Shown piece by piece: positions 27,464 to 40,141 of a stretch of 64,000 nt of DNA. Made by a program: the position numbers and the translations under genes. The DNA is from Candidatus Dormiibacterota bacterium. Lineage in GTDB: Bacteria > Chloroflexota > Dormibacteria > Aeolococcales > Aeolococcaceae. The DNA lies in contig OY970355.1 of the NCBI GenBank assembly GCA_963718525.1, positions 1,504,001 through 1,568,000 on the forward strand, given 5' to 3'. Below the pieces are notes generated by a model. That model saw only the letters and a program-made list of their open reading frames with translations. It had not been told where the DNA came from and did not search any database. Numbering within the stretch: the stretch's first letter is position 1; every line of letters begins with the position of its first letter.

Positions 27464-28152
27464 GAGGCCGCCTCCTCCGAGGCGCCGTGTCGTGCGTCCA
27501 CCCAGCGTGCTCCATCGTCGCGGTGCTCGCGCTTCCACACGGGCACCGTGCGCTTGATGAGTTCGAGAGCTTCCTGGCACGCGGGAAAGGCCGCGTCCCG
27601 ATGCGGCGCTGCAACCACGACCACCACGCTGGCGTCGCCGATCAGCAGCGCTCCGGTGCGATGCACGATGGTGATCGTGCTGATGCCGCCGCGCGCCACG
27701 AGCTCGTCGCCGATCCGGCGCATCTCGGCCTCGGCCATCTCGGCGTACGCCTCGTAGTCCATGCGATGCACCGCCATGCCGTCACTGTGATCGCGCACGC
27801 GTCCGATGAATGTGGCGACCGCACCGTCGCGTGAGGTCCCCGAACTGGCGATCACCGACGCGATGTCGATGGGGACGTCGGTGATCCACACTCGCACCGG
27901 CGTCGGATCGTCACTGCCGCCGGCAACCGGCGGGATGAATGCGACGGTGTCGCCGCCGCGGACCGCGGTGTCCCATTCGCAGTAGCCCAGGTTGCGCGCG
28001 GCCCGAACAGACGCGGCGTCGACCGCCGCGGCGGGATGGCGGCGCACGAGCTCATCCCATACCTCCTGCACGGTGGCTCCGTCGACGTGGACCTCGGCGA
28101 CGCCGACACGCTCTCGGAGCGGCCCGAAGACCAGGACGGTGATGTCATCCAT
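27460..28152 (-). CDS. moaE: Fused MoaD-MoaE molybdopterin synthase (MoaX-type)
   Basis: MoaD ending FIPPVAGG fused to MoaE (F.GRVR, YEAY, HR.G, K..VPVWKRE). Confidence 0.92.
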   Translation of the reverse strand: MDDITVLVFGPLRERVGVAEVHVDGATVQEVWDELVRRHPAAAVDAASVRAARNLGYCEWDTAVRGGDTVAFIPPVAGGSDDPTPVRVWITDVPIDIASVIASSGTSRDGAVATFIGRVRDHSDGMAVHRMDYEAYAEMAEAEMRRIGDELVARGGISTITIVHRTGALLIGDASVVVVVAAPHRDAAFPACQEALELIKRTVPVWKREHRDDGARWVDARHGASEEAAS

Positions 28153-28155
28153 CGG

Positions 28156-29187
28156 TCAACCGCCGATATACGACATCTCGATGCGCTCACCATCGGCGAT
28201 GCCGAGCCCACGCAGCTCGGAATAACGGTCGTCGCGGCGCCTCCAGCGGTCGGCGATGATGCGACGCAGGGCGTGGTCGTCCGCGCCCGAACGCAGTGGC
28301 TCGCGCAGATCAATTCCCGCGGTGGCGAACAGGCACGTGTAGAGCTTGCCGTCGACCCCGAGACGAGCGCGGGTGCAGTCCCCGCAGAAGGGACGGCTCA
28401 CCGACGTGATCACCCCGAGGTCACCCTTCCCGTCGGCGAACCGATACGTCCGAGCCACGGCTGCCGGATCGGGTGACTCCTCGAGCAGCGGATACACCTT
28501 TCGCACGCGCTCGAGAATCTCCTCGCCGCTCACGACGTCCGTCACGCGCCAGCCGTTGGTGGCTCCGACATCCATGTACTCGATGCATCGGAGGCCAAGC
28601 CCCTCGCGTCGAGCGAAGTCCACGACGTCGAGCAAGCCGTCCTCGTTGACCTCCCGCTGCACGACGCAATTGAGCTTGATCGGCGCAAGGCCGGCGTCGC
28701 GTGCGGCGGCGATGCCCTCGAGCACCTCGCCGACCTCGACGCGAGAATCACTCATCGACCTGAACACGTCGGGGTCGAGTGAATCGAGGCTGACGGTGAC
28801 CCGGTGCAGGCCCGCGTCTCGAAGGCGCACCGCCCACCGGCTCAGCAATGCCCCGTTGGTGGTCAGCGCGATGTCGGGCACGCCGAGGCTGGCAACGCCC
28901 TCGACGATCTCGACGAGGTCCGGACGGAGCAGCGGTTCCCCCCCGGTCAGACGGATCTTGGTCACGCCGAGCGATACGAACACTCCCGCGAGTTGAACGA
29001 TCTCCTTGGCGTCAAGAGCGTCGGCGCGCGGCAGGAAGCGGTGTCCAGGACCGAAGCGTGCCTTGGGCATGCAGTACGGGCAACGAAAGTTGCATCGATC
29101 GGTGACCGAGATGCGGACGTCGCGGAGCATCCGGCCGAACCTGTCGGGCCCGATCGCCACGTCGGGTAACGCGGAAACCGCTGTCAT
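28156..29187 (-). CDS. moaA: GTP 3',8-cyclase MoaA
   Basis: CNFRCPYC, TGGEPLLR, FCGDCTRAR..CLF, MSYIGG. Confidence 0.96.
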   Translation of the reverse strand: MTAVSALPDVAIGPDRFGRMLRDVRISVTDRCNFRCPYCMPKARFGPGHRFLPRADALDAKEIVQLAGVFVSLGVTKIRLTGGEPLLRPDLVEIVEGVASLGVPDIALTTNGALLSRWAVRLRDAGLHRVTVSLDSLDPDVFRSMSDSRVEVGEVLEGIAAARDAGLAPIKLNCVVQREVNEDGLLDVVDFARREGLGLRCIEYMDVGATNGWRVTDVVSGEEILERVRKVYPLLEESPDPAAVARTYRFADGKGDLGVITSVSRPFCGDCTRARLGVDGKLYTCLFATAGIDLREPLRSGADDHALRRIIADRWRRRDDRYSELRGLGIADGERIEMSYIGG

Positions 29188-30416
29188 CGCAGCGGGATCG
29201 CCTCGACGATCGTACCGGCGGCGACGACCTCGAGCTCAGCGGTGAGGACCACCAGGCAATCGGCGCGGGTGAGCGAGTGCAACATCGACGACCCCTGGTC
29301 GCCGGCGCTGTGCGCGATGGGCACCTCATCGTCGGGCGAGGTGCGCAAGACCGCGCGCGAATATGTCTCGAGTCCGCTGGGCTTGGTCATCTCCTCGCCG
29401 AGACGCACCCGAATCCGCCGGCGGTGCAGCTCATGCGCGCCCTGCATCCTGCGGATGACCGGTCGAGCGAACAGCTCGAACGTCACCGAGCTGCTGACCG
29501 GGTTGCCGGGAAGGCCGATGAATATGGCATCGCGAAGTATTCCGATCAGCACGGGCTTGCCGGGGCGCATGGCGACACGCCACGTCGACATGGCTCCCAT
29601 CTCCGATGCGACCTCGCGGACCCAGTCGTGGTCGCCGACGCTGACGCCGGCACTGCTCACCACCAGGTCCGAGGAAGACGCCGTCTCGAGCAGCGATCGC
29701 ACCGACTCCTTCGAGTCGCGCGCGATGCCCAGGAAGGTTGCCTCGCCGCCTGCTTCACGCGTGGCGGCCGCGAGCATTGGCGAGTTGGAATCGATGAGCT
29801 GTGCTTGTCCGGGAGCAGTACCGGCAGGCACCAGCTCGTCGCCTGTGGCGAGCAGCGCGACGCGTGGCCGCTTTCCGACCAGGAGGCCGTCGCGGCCCAG
29901 CGCTGCGGCGACACCGATGTCGATGCTCGTCAGCGCCTGTCCGGGAAGGATCACCGTGTCGCCGGCTCGCATGTCGGCGCCGCGCGGGCGAACGCTGGTG
30001 CCCAGTGGGGCCGCAACTGCAATCAGGACCACCGCGCCCTCTCGCGACGTGTCCTCCTGGCGGACCACCGTGTCCGCGCCGGCGGGCATGGGCGCGCCCG
30101 TCATGATCCGCATCGCGGTTCCGGCGGCATGTGCCCCGGGTACTGTCCCGGCACGCGACTCGCCGACGACCGGAAGCCGGACGGGTGCGTCCACGCCGGC
30201 CGCTGAGATGTCGCTCGCGCGCACCGCGTATCCATCCATGGCCGAGTTGTCGAACCCGGGCAGCTCGAACCGCGACGAGATGGCCTCGGCGAGGATTCGT
30301 CCAAGCGCCGCGTCAAGGCTGACCGTCTCCGGTTCCAGCACGCCGACCCTGTCGAGCAGGCGCCGCTGTGCGCTGGCGACTGATTCGAGGTCGGTGGAAG
30401 CGGCGTGCGTCAACAT
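29184..30416 (-). CDS. moeA: Molybdopterin molybdotransferase MoeA
   Basis: SAMDGYAV, RIMTGAP, GVSVGD, PGKP, LPGNPVS. Confidence 0.95.
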   Translation of the reverse strand: MLTHAASTDLESVASAQRRLLDRVGVLEPETVSLDAALGRILAEAISSRFELPGFDNSAMDGYAVRASDISAAGVDAPVRLPVVGESRAGTVPGAHAAGTAMRIMTGAPMPAGADTVVRQEDTSREGAVVLIAVAAPLGTSVRPRGADMRAGDTVILPGQALTSIDIGVAAALGRDGLLVGKRPRVALLATGDELVPAGTAPGQAQLIDSNSPMLAAATREAGGEATFLGIARDSKESVRSLLETASSSDLVVSSAGVSVGDHDWVREVASEMGAMSTWRVAMRPGKPVLIGILRDAIFIGLPGNPVSSSVTFELFARPVIRRMQGAHELHRRRIRVRLGEEMTKPSGLETYSRAVLRTSPDDEVPIAHSAGDQGSSMLHSLTRADCLVVLTAELEVVAAGTIVEAIPLR

Positions 30417-30613
30417 CGTGAGCGTTCTGATCCTCCACCCTCGTTTGGGATACCGACGACCATCATAGTCGCCGTTACCAGCAGGGTATTTCCAGGATCA
30501 TCGCTGCAGGGCACCGGTGGTTTCGACGCCTCCCTCGGTGGCGTACTCTGTAGTCCGTCTGGTGCCGGACACAGCCACAAGTGAAAAGTGGGCTCACATC
30601 CCGGAGGATTTGG

Positions 30614-31492
30614 ATGTTCCCTGCCGCGTTCGACTACACGGCGCCTGGGGCGCTTGACGAGGTGCTCACCCTGTTGAGCCAGCATGGTGACGACGCAAAA
30701 GTGCTCGCCGGAGGACAGAGCCTGATCCCACTGCTCAAACTACGATTTGCGACGCCTGTCATCGTGGTTGATATTGGTAGAGTGGATGGGCTCGAGGGAA
30801 TTCGCAGGGAAAACGGGCATGTGCGGATCGGCGCACGAACCCGGCATCGCGATGTTGAGAGCGCCCAGGAGTTGCGCGGGACCCTGGACGTTCTCCTCGA
30901 TGCGGCACCGTTGATCTCCGATCCGCTCATCCGCAACATGGGAACGGTCGGCGGCTCCATCTGCCACGCGGATCCGGCCGGCGACTGGGGCGCGGTGATG
31001 CTCGCTGTCGGCGCCGAGTTCGTCGTCAAGTCCGCGGGAGGGGAGCGCGTGCTCCCGTCGGCCGGATTCTTCCAGGGCCCGTTCACCACAGGGCTGCAGT
31101 CGAACGAGGTGATGACCGCGATACGCATCCCCGTCGGCGCCGGTAACTCCGGGGGAACGTATCTCAAGCTGGAGCGCAAGATCGGCGACTTTGCGAGCGT
31201 CGCCGCTGCCGTTCACGTCGTGCTCGGCGGTGATGGCCGGATCGCCAGTGCAGGCATCGGCCTGTGCGCGGTGGGTGCGCAGAGCATCAAGGCGACTGCC
31301 GCCGAGGCTGCGCTCGTCGGTCAGCAACCGACGGATGAGGTGATCGCGGAAGCGGCACGGCTGGCGGGGGAAGCCGCCGAACCGAAAGCAGATATCCGAG
31401 GGAGCGCGGAGTACAAGCGGGACGTTGCACGGGTCTTTGTGCAGCGCGGCCTGCACACCGCGATCCATCGCGCGCAGGGAGCGGCGGCATGA
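30614..31492 (+). CDS. coxM: CO dehydrogenase medium (FAD) subunit
   Basis: AGGQSLIPLLKLR, RNMGTVGG, DPAGD; GGAGG RBS. Confidence 0.93.
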   Translation: MFPAAFDYTAPGALDEVLTLLSQHGDDAKVLAGGQSLIPLLKLRFATPVIVVDIGRVDGLEGIRRENGHVRIGARTRHRDVESAQELRGTLDVLLDAAPLISDPLIRNMGTVGGSICHADPAGDWGAVMLAVGAEFVVKSAGGERVLPSAGFFQGPFTTGLQSNEVMTAIRIPVGAGNSGGTYLKLERKIGDFASVAAAVHVVLGGDGRIASAGIGLCAVGAQSIKATAAEAALVGQQPTDEVIAEAARLAGEAAEPKADIRGSAEYKRDVARVFVQRGLHTAIHRAQGAAA

Positions 31493-31973
31493 ACGTCACG
31501 TTCGAGATCAACGGTGCTGCGAAGAGCGTTGACGTCGAGCCGCGAACGCTCGTTGTCGATCTGATTCGCACCAAGCTGGGGATGACCGGAACGCATATCG
31601 GGTGCGACACGAGCAACTGCGGTGCCTGCACGGTGCTGCTCGACGGCAGGCCGGTCAAGTCCTGCACGCTGCTCGCGCCGATGCTCGAGGGCAAGAAGGT
31701 GACCACCGTCGAAGGTCTCGCGAAGGGCGGCAAGCTCGATGCGATCCAGGTGGGTTTCCACGCGGAGCACGGACTGCAGTGCGGCTTCTGCACACCTGGA
31801 ATGATGCTCGTCGGCAAAGCGCTCATCGACGCCAACCCGCATCCAACCGAGGACGAGATCCGCTGGGGGATCAGTGGCAACATCTGCCGCTGCACCGGCT
31901 ACATGAACATCATCAAAGCGATCCAGCATGCCGCCGCAGCGAACGCAACCGAGAACACCGCAGGAGTAGCGTG

Positions 31974-31974
<1 letters not shown>
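31489..31974 (+). CDS. coxS: CO dehydrogenase small (2Fe-2S) subunit
   Basis: GCDTSNCGACT, QCGFCTPG, NICRCTGY. Confidence 0.95.
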
Positions 31975-34352
<2,378 letters not shown>

Positions 34353-34363
34353 ACGACCGCCTG

Positions 34364-35323
34364 GTGACCCTGCTTGCCGCCAACGCAGCGTCGGGGCGTC
34401 CGTGCGCACTCGCAACCGTTGTGCGCACGGAATCACCCACGTCTGCGCATCCCGGTGACAAGGCCCTGATCACCGACGACGGCGTGCTTCACGGATGGAT
34501 CGGCGGCAGCTGTTCGGACGCGCTCATCCGCCGCGAGGCGCTCGTTGCGATGACTGACGGACTGCCGCGGCTCGTGCGCATCCGCCCGGACGTGGAAGCG
34601 CTCGAGACGCGCAACGGAGGTGAGCTCACCGTGGCGACCACCTGCCCGAGCGGCGGGACGCTCGACATCTTCATCGACCCGCATCTCCCCAAGCCGCTGC
34701 TGGTGGTCATCGGCGAGAGCCCTGCCGCGCGGACGCTCGTCGATCTCGGCCGGGTGGTGGGCTTCCGCACTGTCGGTGCGCATCCCGGCGCGTCGGCGGC
34801 GGACTTTCCCGGCGCCGACAGGATCCTGACCAGCCTCGACCTCAGCGCGCTCGCCACGGAACGGGATTGCTGGGTCGTGGTGGCGACGATGGGCCACTAC
34901 GACGATGACGCCATCGAGGCTGCCCTGACGCTGCGGAATGCCGATATTGCGCTGGTGGCGAGCGTCCGCCGTTCTGCGGCGGTCATGGACACGCTGCGCG
35001 AGCGCGGCGTGTCCGACGCGGAGCTCGCACGGGTCCGCGCCCCGGCCGGGGAGCGGCGTGCCGGCGCCCAGGAGGAGATCGCGCTCCACGCGCTCGCCGA
35101 GGTCGTGGCGCTCCGTCACGAGCGAATGATCGCGAACCCCGCTCGGGCGCCAGAAGCGCTGGCGGGCTTCGCCGTCGACCCGGTCTGCGGCATGACGGTC
35201 GACACCAAGGACGCCGCGCACACGGCCGTCCACGATGACCGGACGTATTTCTTCTGCTGCTCCGGGTGCCGGGAGCAGTTCGTCGCAGAAGCGACCCGGT
35301 TTCTCCGAGCCGCCGCGGGCTGA
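34364..35323 (+). CDS. XdhC/CoxF family maturation protein with C-terminal YHS/TRASH domain
   Basis: GWIGGSC, CPSGG; DPVCGM...YFFCCSGC; start uncertain (GTG 34364). Confidence 0.85.
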   Translation: MTLLAANAASGRPCALATVVRTESPTSAHPGDKALITDDGVLHGWIGGSCSDALIRREALVAMTDGLPRLVRIRPDVEALETRNGGELTVATTCPSGGTLDIFIDPHLPKPLLVVIGESPAARTLVDLGRVVGFRTVGAHPGASAADFPGADRILTSLDLSALATERDCWVVVATMGHYDDDAIEAALTLRNADIALVASVRRSAAVMDTLRERGVSDAELARVRAPAGERRAGAQEEIALHALAEVVALRHERMIANPARAPEALAGFAVDPVCGMTVDTKDAAHTAVHDDRTYFFCCSGCREQFVAEATRFLRAAAG

Positions 35324-35926
35324 GTGATCGCCGCAAGGTCGGCGGGGGTCATCCTCGCCGCCGGCGCTTCGCGCCGGATGGGGGAGCCGAAACAGCTGCT
35401 CCCGGTTCGCGGCAGGCCGCTGCTCGAGACGGCGCTTGCAGCCGCCTGCGACTCGCAGCTCGACGAGGTGCTCGTCGTCCTTGGCGCCCATGCAGATGAG
35501 ATCAGACGATCGGTTCGGCTCGGTCGCGCCCGAGTTGTCGTCAATCCTGATCACGCGCAGGGAATGAGCACATCGTTGAAGGCCGGGATCGCCGCCCTCG
35601 GAAACAACGTCGCCAGAGTCGTGGTCATCCTCGGTGATCAGCCGGACATCACCGCCGAGGTTGTCGACCGGCTCCTCGATACTCAGACCGCGTCCGGGCT
35701 GCCGGCCGCCGCGCTCAGCTTCGACGGTTTGCTCCACCCGCCGGTGGTGCTGGCACGCCAGCTCTGGGGTGACATCGAGGCGCTTGAAGGAGACGTCGGT
35801 TGCCGGGCGCTGGTACGCGCCCACCCGGAGATAGTGGCCGCGGTCGCAGCCGACCGGCCCGGGGGGCATCCCGTCGACATCGACACGCGCGAGGACTTCG
35901 AACGGCTCGAGGCTGACCCCGCCTGA
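35324..35926 (+). CDS. mocA: Molybdenum cofactor cytidylyltransferase
   Basis: LAAGASRRMG.PKQLL, GMSTSL, GDQP, GDVG, DIDT.ED; cox context needs MCD. Confidence 0.85.
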   Translation: MIAARSAGVILAAGASRRMGEPKQLLPVRGRPLLETALAAACDSQLDEVLVVLGAHADEIRRSVRLGRARVVVNPDHAQGMSTSLKAGIAALGNNVARVVVILGDQPDITAEVVDRLLDTQTASGLPAAALSFDGLLHPPVVLARQLWGDIEALEGDVGCRALVRAHPEIVAAVAADRPGGHPVDIDTREDFERLEADPA

Positions 35927-35974
35927 CGCTCTGCTAGCCTCGCTCGGTCCAATCCCCGAACGGAGGTAGGTGCA

Positions 35975-37258
35975 GTGCCGGCACTCGTCATCGTCGCTGA
36001 GCGGCTCATCGACGGGACGGGTCGAGATCCCGTCGAGCGGGCCGCAGTGATCATCGAGAACGGGCGGATCACTGCATGCGGGCCGCGGTCGTCGTTCACG
36101 ATTCCCGAGGACGCTGAGGTCATCGAGGATGAGGATCTGACTCTGCTGCCGGGGTTCATGGACATGCATGTCCATCTCGCTTCCTCTGGAACCAATCTCG
36201 TGCGCATCCTCATGACGCCGGCGTCCCTCGCGCTCCTCAACTCCGTCCCGAACTGTGCTCGCACTCTGGCTGCGGGCGTCACGACGGTGCGTGATGCCGG
36301 GCACACACCCGTGGGTGTCCGTCTCGCGGCCGAGGCCGGCTATTTCCCGGCGCCACGCATGGAACTGGCGGTCAGCCTGCTGAGCCAGACGGGCGGCCAT
36401 GGCGACGACCTCATGCCGTGCGGCGCCCGAGTCGGGCTCACCATGGGCATCGACGTCCCGCACGGTGTCGTTGACGGCCCCGACGCCATGCGCCGCAAGG
36501 TCCGCGAAGTGCTCCAGGCGGGTGCGGACTGGATCAAGTTGTGCACCAGTGGCGGTGTGCTCAGTCCCGGCGATCTCCCCGACCATGCGCAGTTCTCGAT
36601 CGAGGAGATCCGTGTTGCTGTCGAGGAGGCGGCCGTGGTGGGCAAGCGTGTGATGGCGCATGCCATGTCGCCGGCTGGGATTCGCAATGCGCTCATCGCC
36701 GGGGTCACAACCATCGAGCACGGGTGCCTTCTCGATGAAGAGGGCATCGCGTTGATGAAGGATCGGGGGGCGTACCTCGTCCCCACTCTCGTCGCACCCG
36801 GCGACGTGATCGCCGGAGCGAAAGCGGGCGGCGGGCTGCCCCCCGAGATGATCGAGAAGGCTGAGCGGATCGGAGCGCTCCATCGCGCCTCGGTCGCTGC
36901 AGCAATCGCTGCCGGCGTCAAGGTCGCGATGGGCACCGACGCGGCGGTCGGCCCCCACGGAACCAACCTTCGTGAGCTCGGGGAGATGGTCCGGTGCGGG
37001 ATGTCCCCGATGCAGGCGATCGTGGCCTCGACCGGTGTGCCGGCGGAACTGCTTCGCCGCCCCGACCTCGGGACTCTCGGGCCGGGCAAGCGCGCCGACG
37101 TGGTCGTGGCATGCGGGGACCCCCTCGCGAACATCGACATCCTCGCCGATCCCGCGCACATCCGGCTCGTGATCAAGGACGGCCGGGTCGCATGCGACTT
37201 CAGGGCGCGCCCGGCGGCTCAATCCTCATCGGAATCGTCAGCGAGTGCTCCGTCGTAG
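35975..37258 (+). CDS. Metal-dependent amidohydrolase (Xaa-Pro dipeptidase-like)
   Basis: PGFMDMHVH, GVTTVRD, IK, MAHA, IEHG, GTDA. Confidence 0.88.
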   Translation: MPALVIVAERLIDGTGRDPVERAAVIIENGRITACGPRSSFTIPEDAEVIEDEDLTLLPGFMDMHVHLASSGTNLVRILMTPASLALLNSVPNCARTLAAGVTTVRDAGHTPVGVRLAAEAGYFPAPRMELAVSLLSQTGGHGDDLMPCGARVGLTMGIDVPHGVVDGPDAMRRKVREVLQAGADWIKLCTSGGVLSPGDLPDHAQFSIEEIRVAVEEAAVVGKRVMAHAMSPAGIRNALIAGVTTIEHGCLLDEEGIALMKDRGAYLVPTLVAPGDVIAGAKAGGGLPPEMIEKAERIGALHRASVAAAIAAGVKVAMGTDAAVGPHGTNLRELGEMVRCGMSPMQAIVASTGVPAELLRRPDLGTLGPGKRADVVVACGDPLANIDILADPAHIRLVIKDGRVACDFRARPAAQSSSESSASAPS

Positions 37259-38274
37259 GGTGGGATCCGCCACGCGGCCTCCTTGCCGAGCAGGCCGCCG
37301 TGGCCCAGGGACGCGAGAAACGCCGCATCGAGTGGCAGTCCGGCATGGAGACGCGCGATGAGCAGGTCGAGCGCGCTCCGGCGGGAGAACATGCCGCATG
37401 ACGCCACTCCGATGACCGGCCTGCCGCGCAGCTCGGCGATCCAGTAGCTGCTCCCGGGATGCATCGGGAGGCCGCGCCGGACCGTGGTCGCGCCCGCAGC
37501 CAGAACGCTCTGCCAGGTGACGTCCAGAGGATCGACCGACGCAACGCCCACGGCGAGAACGATGTCGGCAGAGGACGCCGCATCCACCAGCGCCTGCTGC
37601 ACGTGCTCGGGACTGTCGTCGACGTAGCGAACCGGCTCGACTGAGCCCCCGAACCAGGCGCTGCGCATGCCCAGCGACCGTTCGAAACGCATCCGCGCCT
37701 CGTCGGTGAGCCGCTGGCGCACGATCGCCGCCATACGGAGTGTCAGGAACGGCCGGACGCTGAGGATCCCTGCACCCTCGCGGGCGGAACGCGCTTCGCG
37801 CTCGGCCTGCCGGAGTGATCTTTCATCGATGGCGAGCGGCGTGACCTTGACACCGGCCAGCGTTCTCCCCGAATCCACGTGCAGACCGTCGGGGACCGTG
37901 AACACGGTCACGCCGTCCACCGCGTTCACGGCCGCGAGCGCTGTGACATCGACGTCGACCATGCCCCGCCATGCCGCCACCAGTCGTGCCTGGGATTCCA
38001 CCGGTGGCCGGGCGGACGTGCCGGGTCCGGCCACGGCAGTGGCGATGCGAATGGCAGCCGCGTCCTCGCCGACGTCGCCCTCCTCCAGCCAGAGCACATG
38101 CAGGACGTCGGGATGCGCCTCGCGCAGCGCCGGCTCTGCATCGGCTGCCAGCACCGATCCCTTGGTCAGCACGGGGCGCCCAGCTGCATCCAGCACGTCG
38201 CGGCAGAGGACCGCGCCGATCCAGCGCGCTGAGGGTCCGTCAAGCGCCGAACCCGGAAGGACCTCCAGTCTCAC
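37219..38274 (-). CDS. Molybdopterin-binding (MoeA/MoCF-like) protein
   Basis: GAVLCRD, KG..L, EDAAA.RIA, G.P..PG, L.HGGLL. Confidence 0.7.
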   Translation of the reverse strand: MRLEVLPGSALDGPSARWIGAVLCRDVLDAAGRPVLTKGSVLAADAEPALREAHPDVLHVLWLEEGDVGEDAAAIRIATAVAGPGTSARPPVESQARLVAAWRGMVDVDVTALAAVNAVDGVTVFTVPDGLHVDSGRTLAGVKVTPLAIDERSLRQAEREARSAREGAGILSVRPFLTLRMAAIVRQRLTDEARMRFERSLGMRSAWFGGSVEPVRYVDDSPEHVQQALVDAASSADIVLAVGVASVDPLDVTWQSVLAAGATTVRRGLPMHPGSSYWIAELRGRPVIGVASCGMFSRRSALDLLIARLHAGLPLDAAFLASLGHGGLLGKEAAWRIPPYDGALADDSDED

Positions 38275-39347
38275 CCGACGGGAGTTGCGGGCTGCGCGGA
38301 GAGTGAGCCTGCGTCCCGGCCGCGCCGTATAGCCACGATCTCAGCGAGGATGGCGATCGCGATCTCCTCCGGCGTGGCGGCGCCGAGGTTCAGTCCAACA
38401 GGGCTGTGGATGCGTGCGATCTGGGTGTCGGTGAAGCCGGCCTCGCGGAGCCGAGCGACGCGCTTGGCATGGGTCCCGCGGCTTCCGATCGCACCGATAT
38501 AGCCTGTCTCCGAGCGCAACAGGGACGTCAGAGCCGGGTCCTCGAACTTCGGATCGTGAGCGAGACACACCGCCGCGTCGCGTGGTCCGAGCTCGAAGCG
38601 CAGCAAAGCCTCGTCCGGCCACGCGACGACGAGACGGTCGGCGTCGGGGATGCGCTCGGCATTGTTGAAGGCGCTGCGTGGATCCACCACCGACACGCTG
38701 AATCCTGCTGCGCGAGCCATGGTGGTGAGCGCGACGGCGATGTGCACCGCCCCGATGACGACGAGCTGCGGGGAAGGAACGATGGGATCGACGAACACGC
38801 GCATGCCCGCGATCTCCTCGACGCCCGGGAGCCCGGAGCCGATTCGCGGGCGCGCCGCCGCAACGGTCTCCGCCACTGTGGGGGAGCCCCCGAGGCTGCC
38901 CACGAGGCCGCCGTCCGCCGTGGCCGCCGCCCGGCTTCCGGCGTGGTCGCCATCCAGCACCGTCAGCAGGGCGACCGGGCGCGACGTCTCGATCGCGCGC
39001 CGGACCTCCTCGATCACCGGGTCCGATCCGTCGCTCTCGAGCGTCTCGACGAAGATGTCGACCTCGCCGCCGCACGACAGACCGACCGCCCAGCCCATCT
39101 CGTCACTGATGCCGTAGTGGAGCAGGCGGGGCGGAGCGTCTCCCGCGATGGTCGCCTGCGCCTCGAGGACCACGGCCGACTCCAGGCAACCGCCGCTCAC
39201 CGAGCCGGCCATGCGCCCATCGCGACTCACGAGCAGGCGCGCCCCCATCGGCCGCGGGGTCGAGCCGGAGGTGCCCACAACTGTCGCGATCGCCACCAGC
39301 GGCTCACTTTCGCTCCATTCGTTCAGCGTGGGAAGGAGATCTCGCAT
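38271..39347 (-). CDS. XdhC/CoxI family protein
   Basis: GSVSGGCLE, GLSCGG, HDPKFED, YIGAIGSR, PEEIAIAI. Confidence 0.9.
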   Translation of the reverse strand: MRDLLPTLNEWSESEPLVAIATVVGTSGSTPRPMGARLLVSRDGRMAGSVSGGCLESAVVLEAQATIAGDAPPRLLHYGISDEMGWAVGLSCGGEVDIFVETLESDGSDPVIEEVRRAIETSRPVALLTVLDGDHAGSRAAATADGGLVGSLGGSPTVAETVAAARPRIGSGLPGVEEIAGMRVFVDPIVPSPQLVVIGAVHIAVALTTMARAAGFSVSVVDPRSAFNNAERIPDADRLVVAWPDEALLRFELGPRDAAVCLAHDPKFEDPALTSLLRSETGYIGAIGSRGTHAKRVARLREAGFTDTQIARIHSPVGLNLGAATPEEIAIAILAEIVAIRRGRDAGSLSAQPATPVG

Positions 39348-39418
39348 GACATGAGTATCCACTTCCACGGCCAGACGTCACAAGCCGTCAGGCGGCCCCG
39401 CGGAGCACAATTCCGGGA

Positions 39419-40141
39419 ATGCAAATCGAGAACTCCTTCGCCGTCAAGGCACCACCCGATCGTGTGTACGAGTTCCTGCTCGACGTCAACAACGTCGTCA
39501 GCTGCGTTCCGGGGGCCGAACTGTCCGAGGTCGTCGATCCGGATACGTTCAAGGGCAAGGTCCGGATCAAGGTGGGACCGGTCACGGTCAGCTACAACGG
39601 CACTGCTCGGATCACCTCACGCGACCCCGAGACGCGGACCGCAACCCTCGAGGCCGAGGGACGCGAAACCACCGGATCCGGCAGCGCTCAGGCCACCACC
39701 GTGATGGCGGTCGCGGCGGCAGGCGAAACCTCAACGGTCACGCTGACCACGGACTTCACCGTGGTCGGGAGGGTTGCCCAGTTCGGCCGCGGGATCATGG
39801 AAGACGTTTCGCGCCACCTGGTGGCGCAGGCGGCCGAGTGCATCCAGTCGAAGCTCGAGGCACCGCCGGCGGCCACGGCTGCCACTGACGCGGGTCCCGC
39901 CTCGGCGACCGATCCGCCATCCAGCTCAACCGCTTCCTCGTCCGCGTCCGCGGCAACGGCAGCCTCCCAACCCGCGGCGCTCGATGCCTTTGCCCTCGGC
40001 CGTGCGGTGGCAAGGGACCGCATCAGCCGGGTCAAGGTGCGGCCGCAGATGATCGGGGCGGCGTTTGCCGGGCTTATCAGCCTGCTGCTGCTGCGCCGTC
40101 TCCGGCGCTCGCGGCGGCGGCGCCGCGAGACGAACGGCTGA
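39419..40141 (+). CDS. coxG: CoxG (SRPBCC) with C-terminal membrane anchor
   Basis: CVPGAEL, KVGPV, GRVAQFGRG; terminal TM plus Arg tail. Confidence 0.88.
   Translation: MQIENSFAVKAPPDRVYEFLLDVNNVVSCVPGAELSEVVDPDTFKGKVRIKVGPVTVSYNGTARITSRDPETRTATLEAEGRETTGSGSAQATTVMAVAAAGETSTVTLTTDFTVVGRVAQFGRGIMEDVSRHLVAQAAECIQSKLEAPPAATAATDAGPASATDPPSSSTASSSASAATAASQPAALDAFALGRAVARDRISRVKVRPQMIGAAFAGLISLLLLRRLRRSRRRRRETNG

Noticed and set aside
30417-30613. Moco riboswitch or CO-sensor site in the moeA/coxM intergenic region (also checked before the mod operon)
   Set aside because: No recognisable Moco RNA consensus or clear operator by eye; an Infernal/Rfam scan would be needed
34433-37222. 929-aa minus-strand ORF and similar long antisense ORFs (15341-17614, 20786-22423, 58762-60387)
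   Set aside because: Shadow frames of well-supported genes, expected at high GC, with no recognisable motifs
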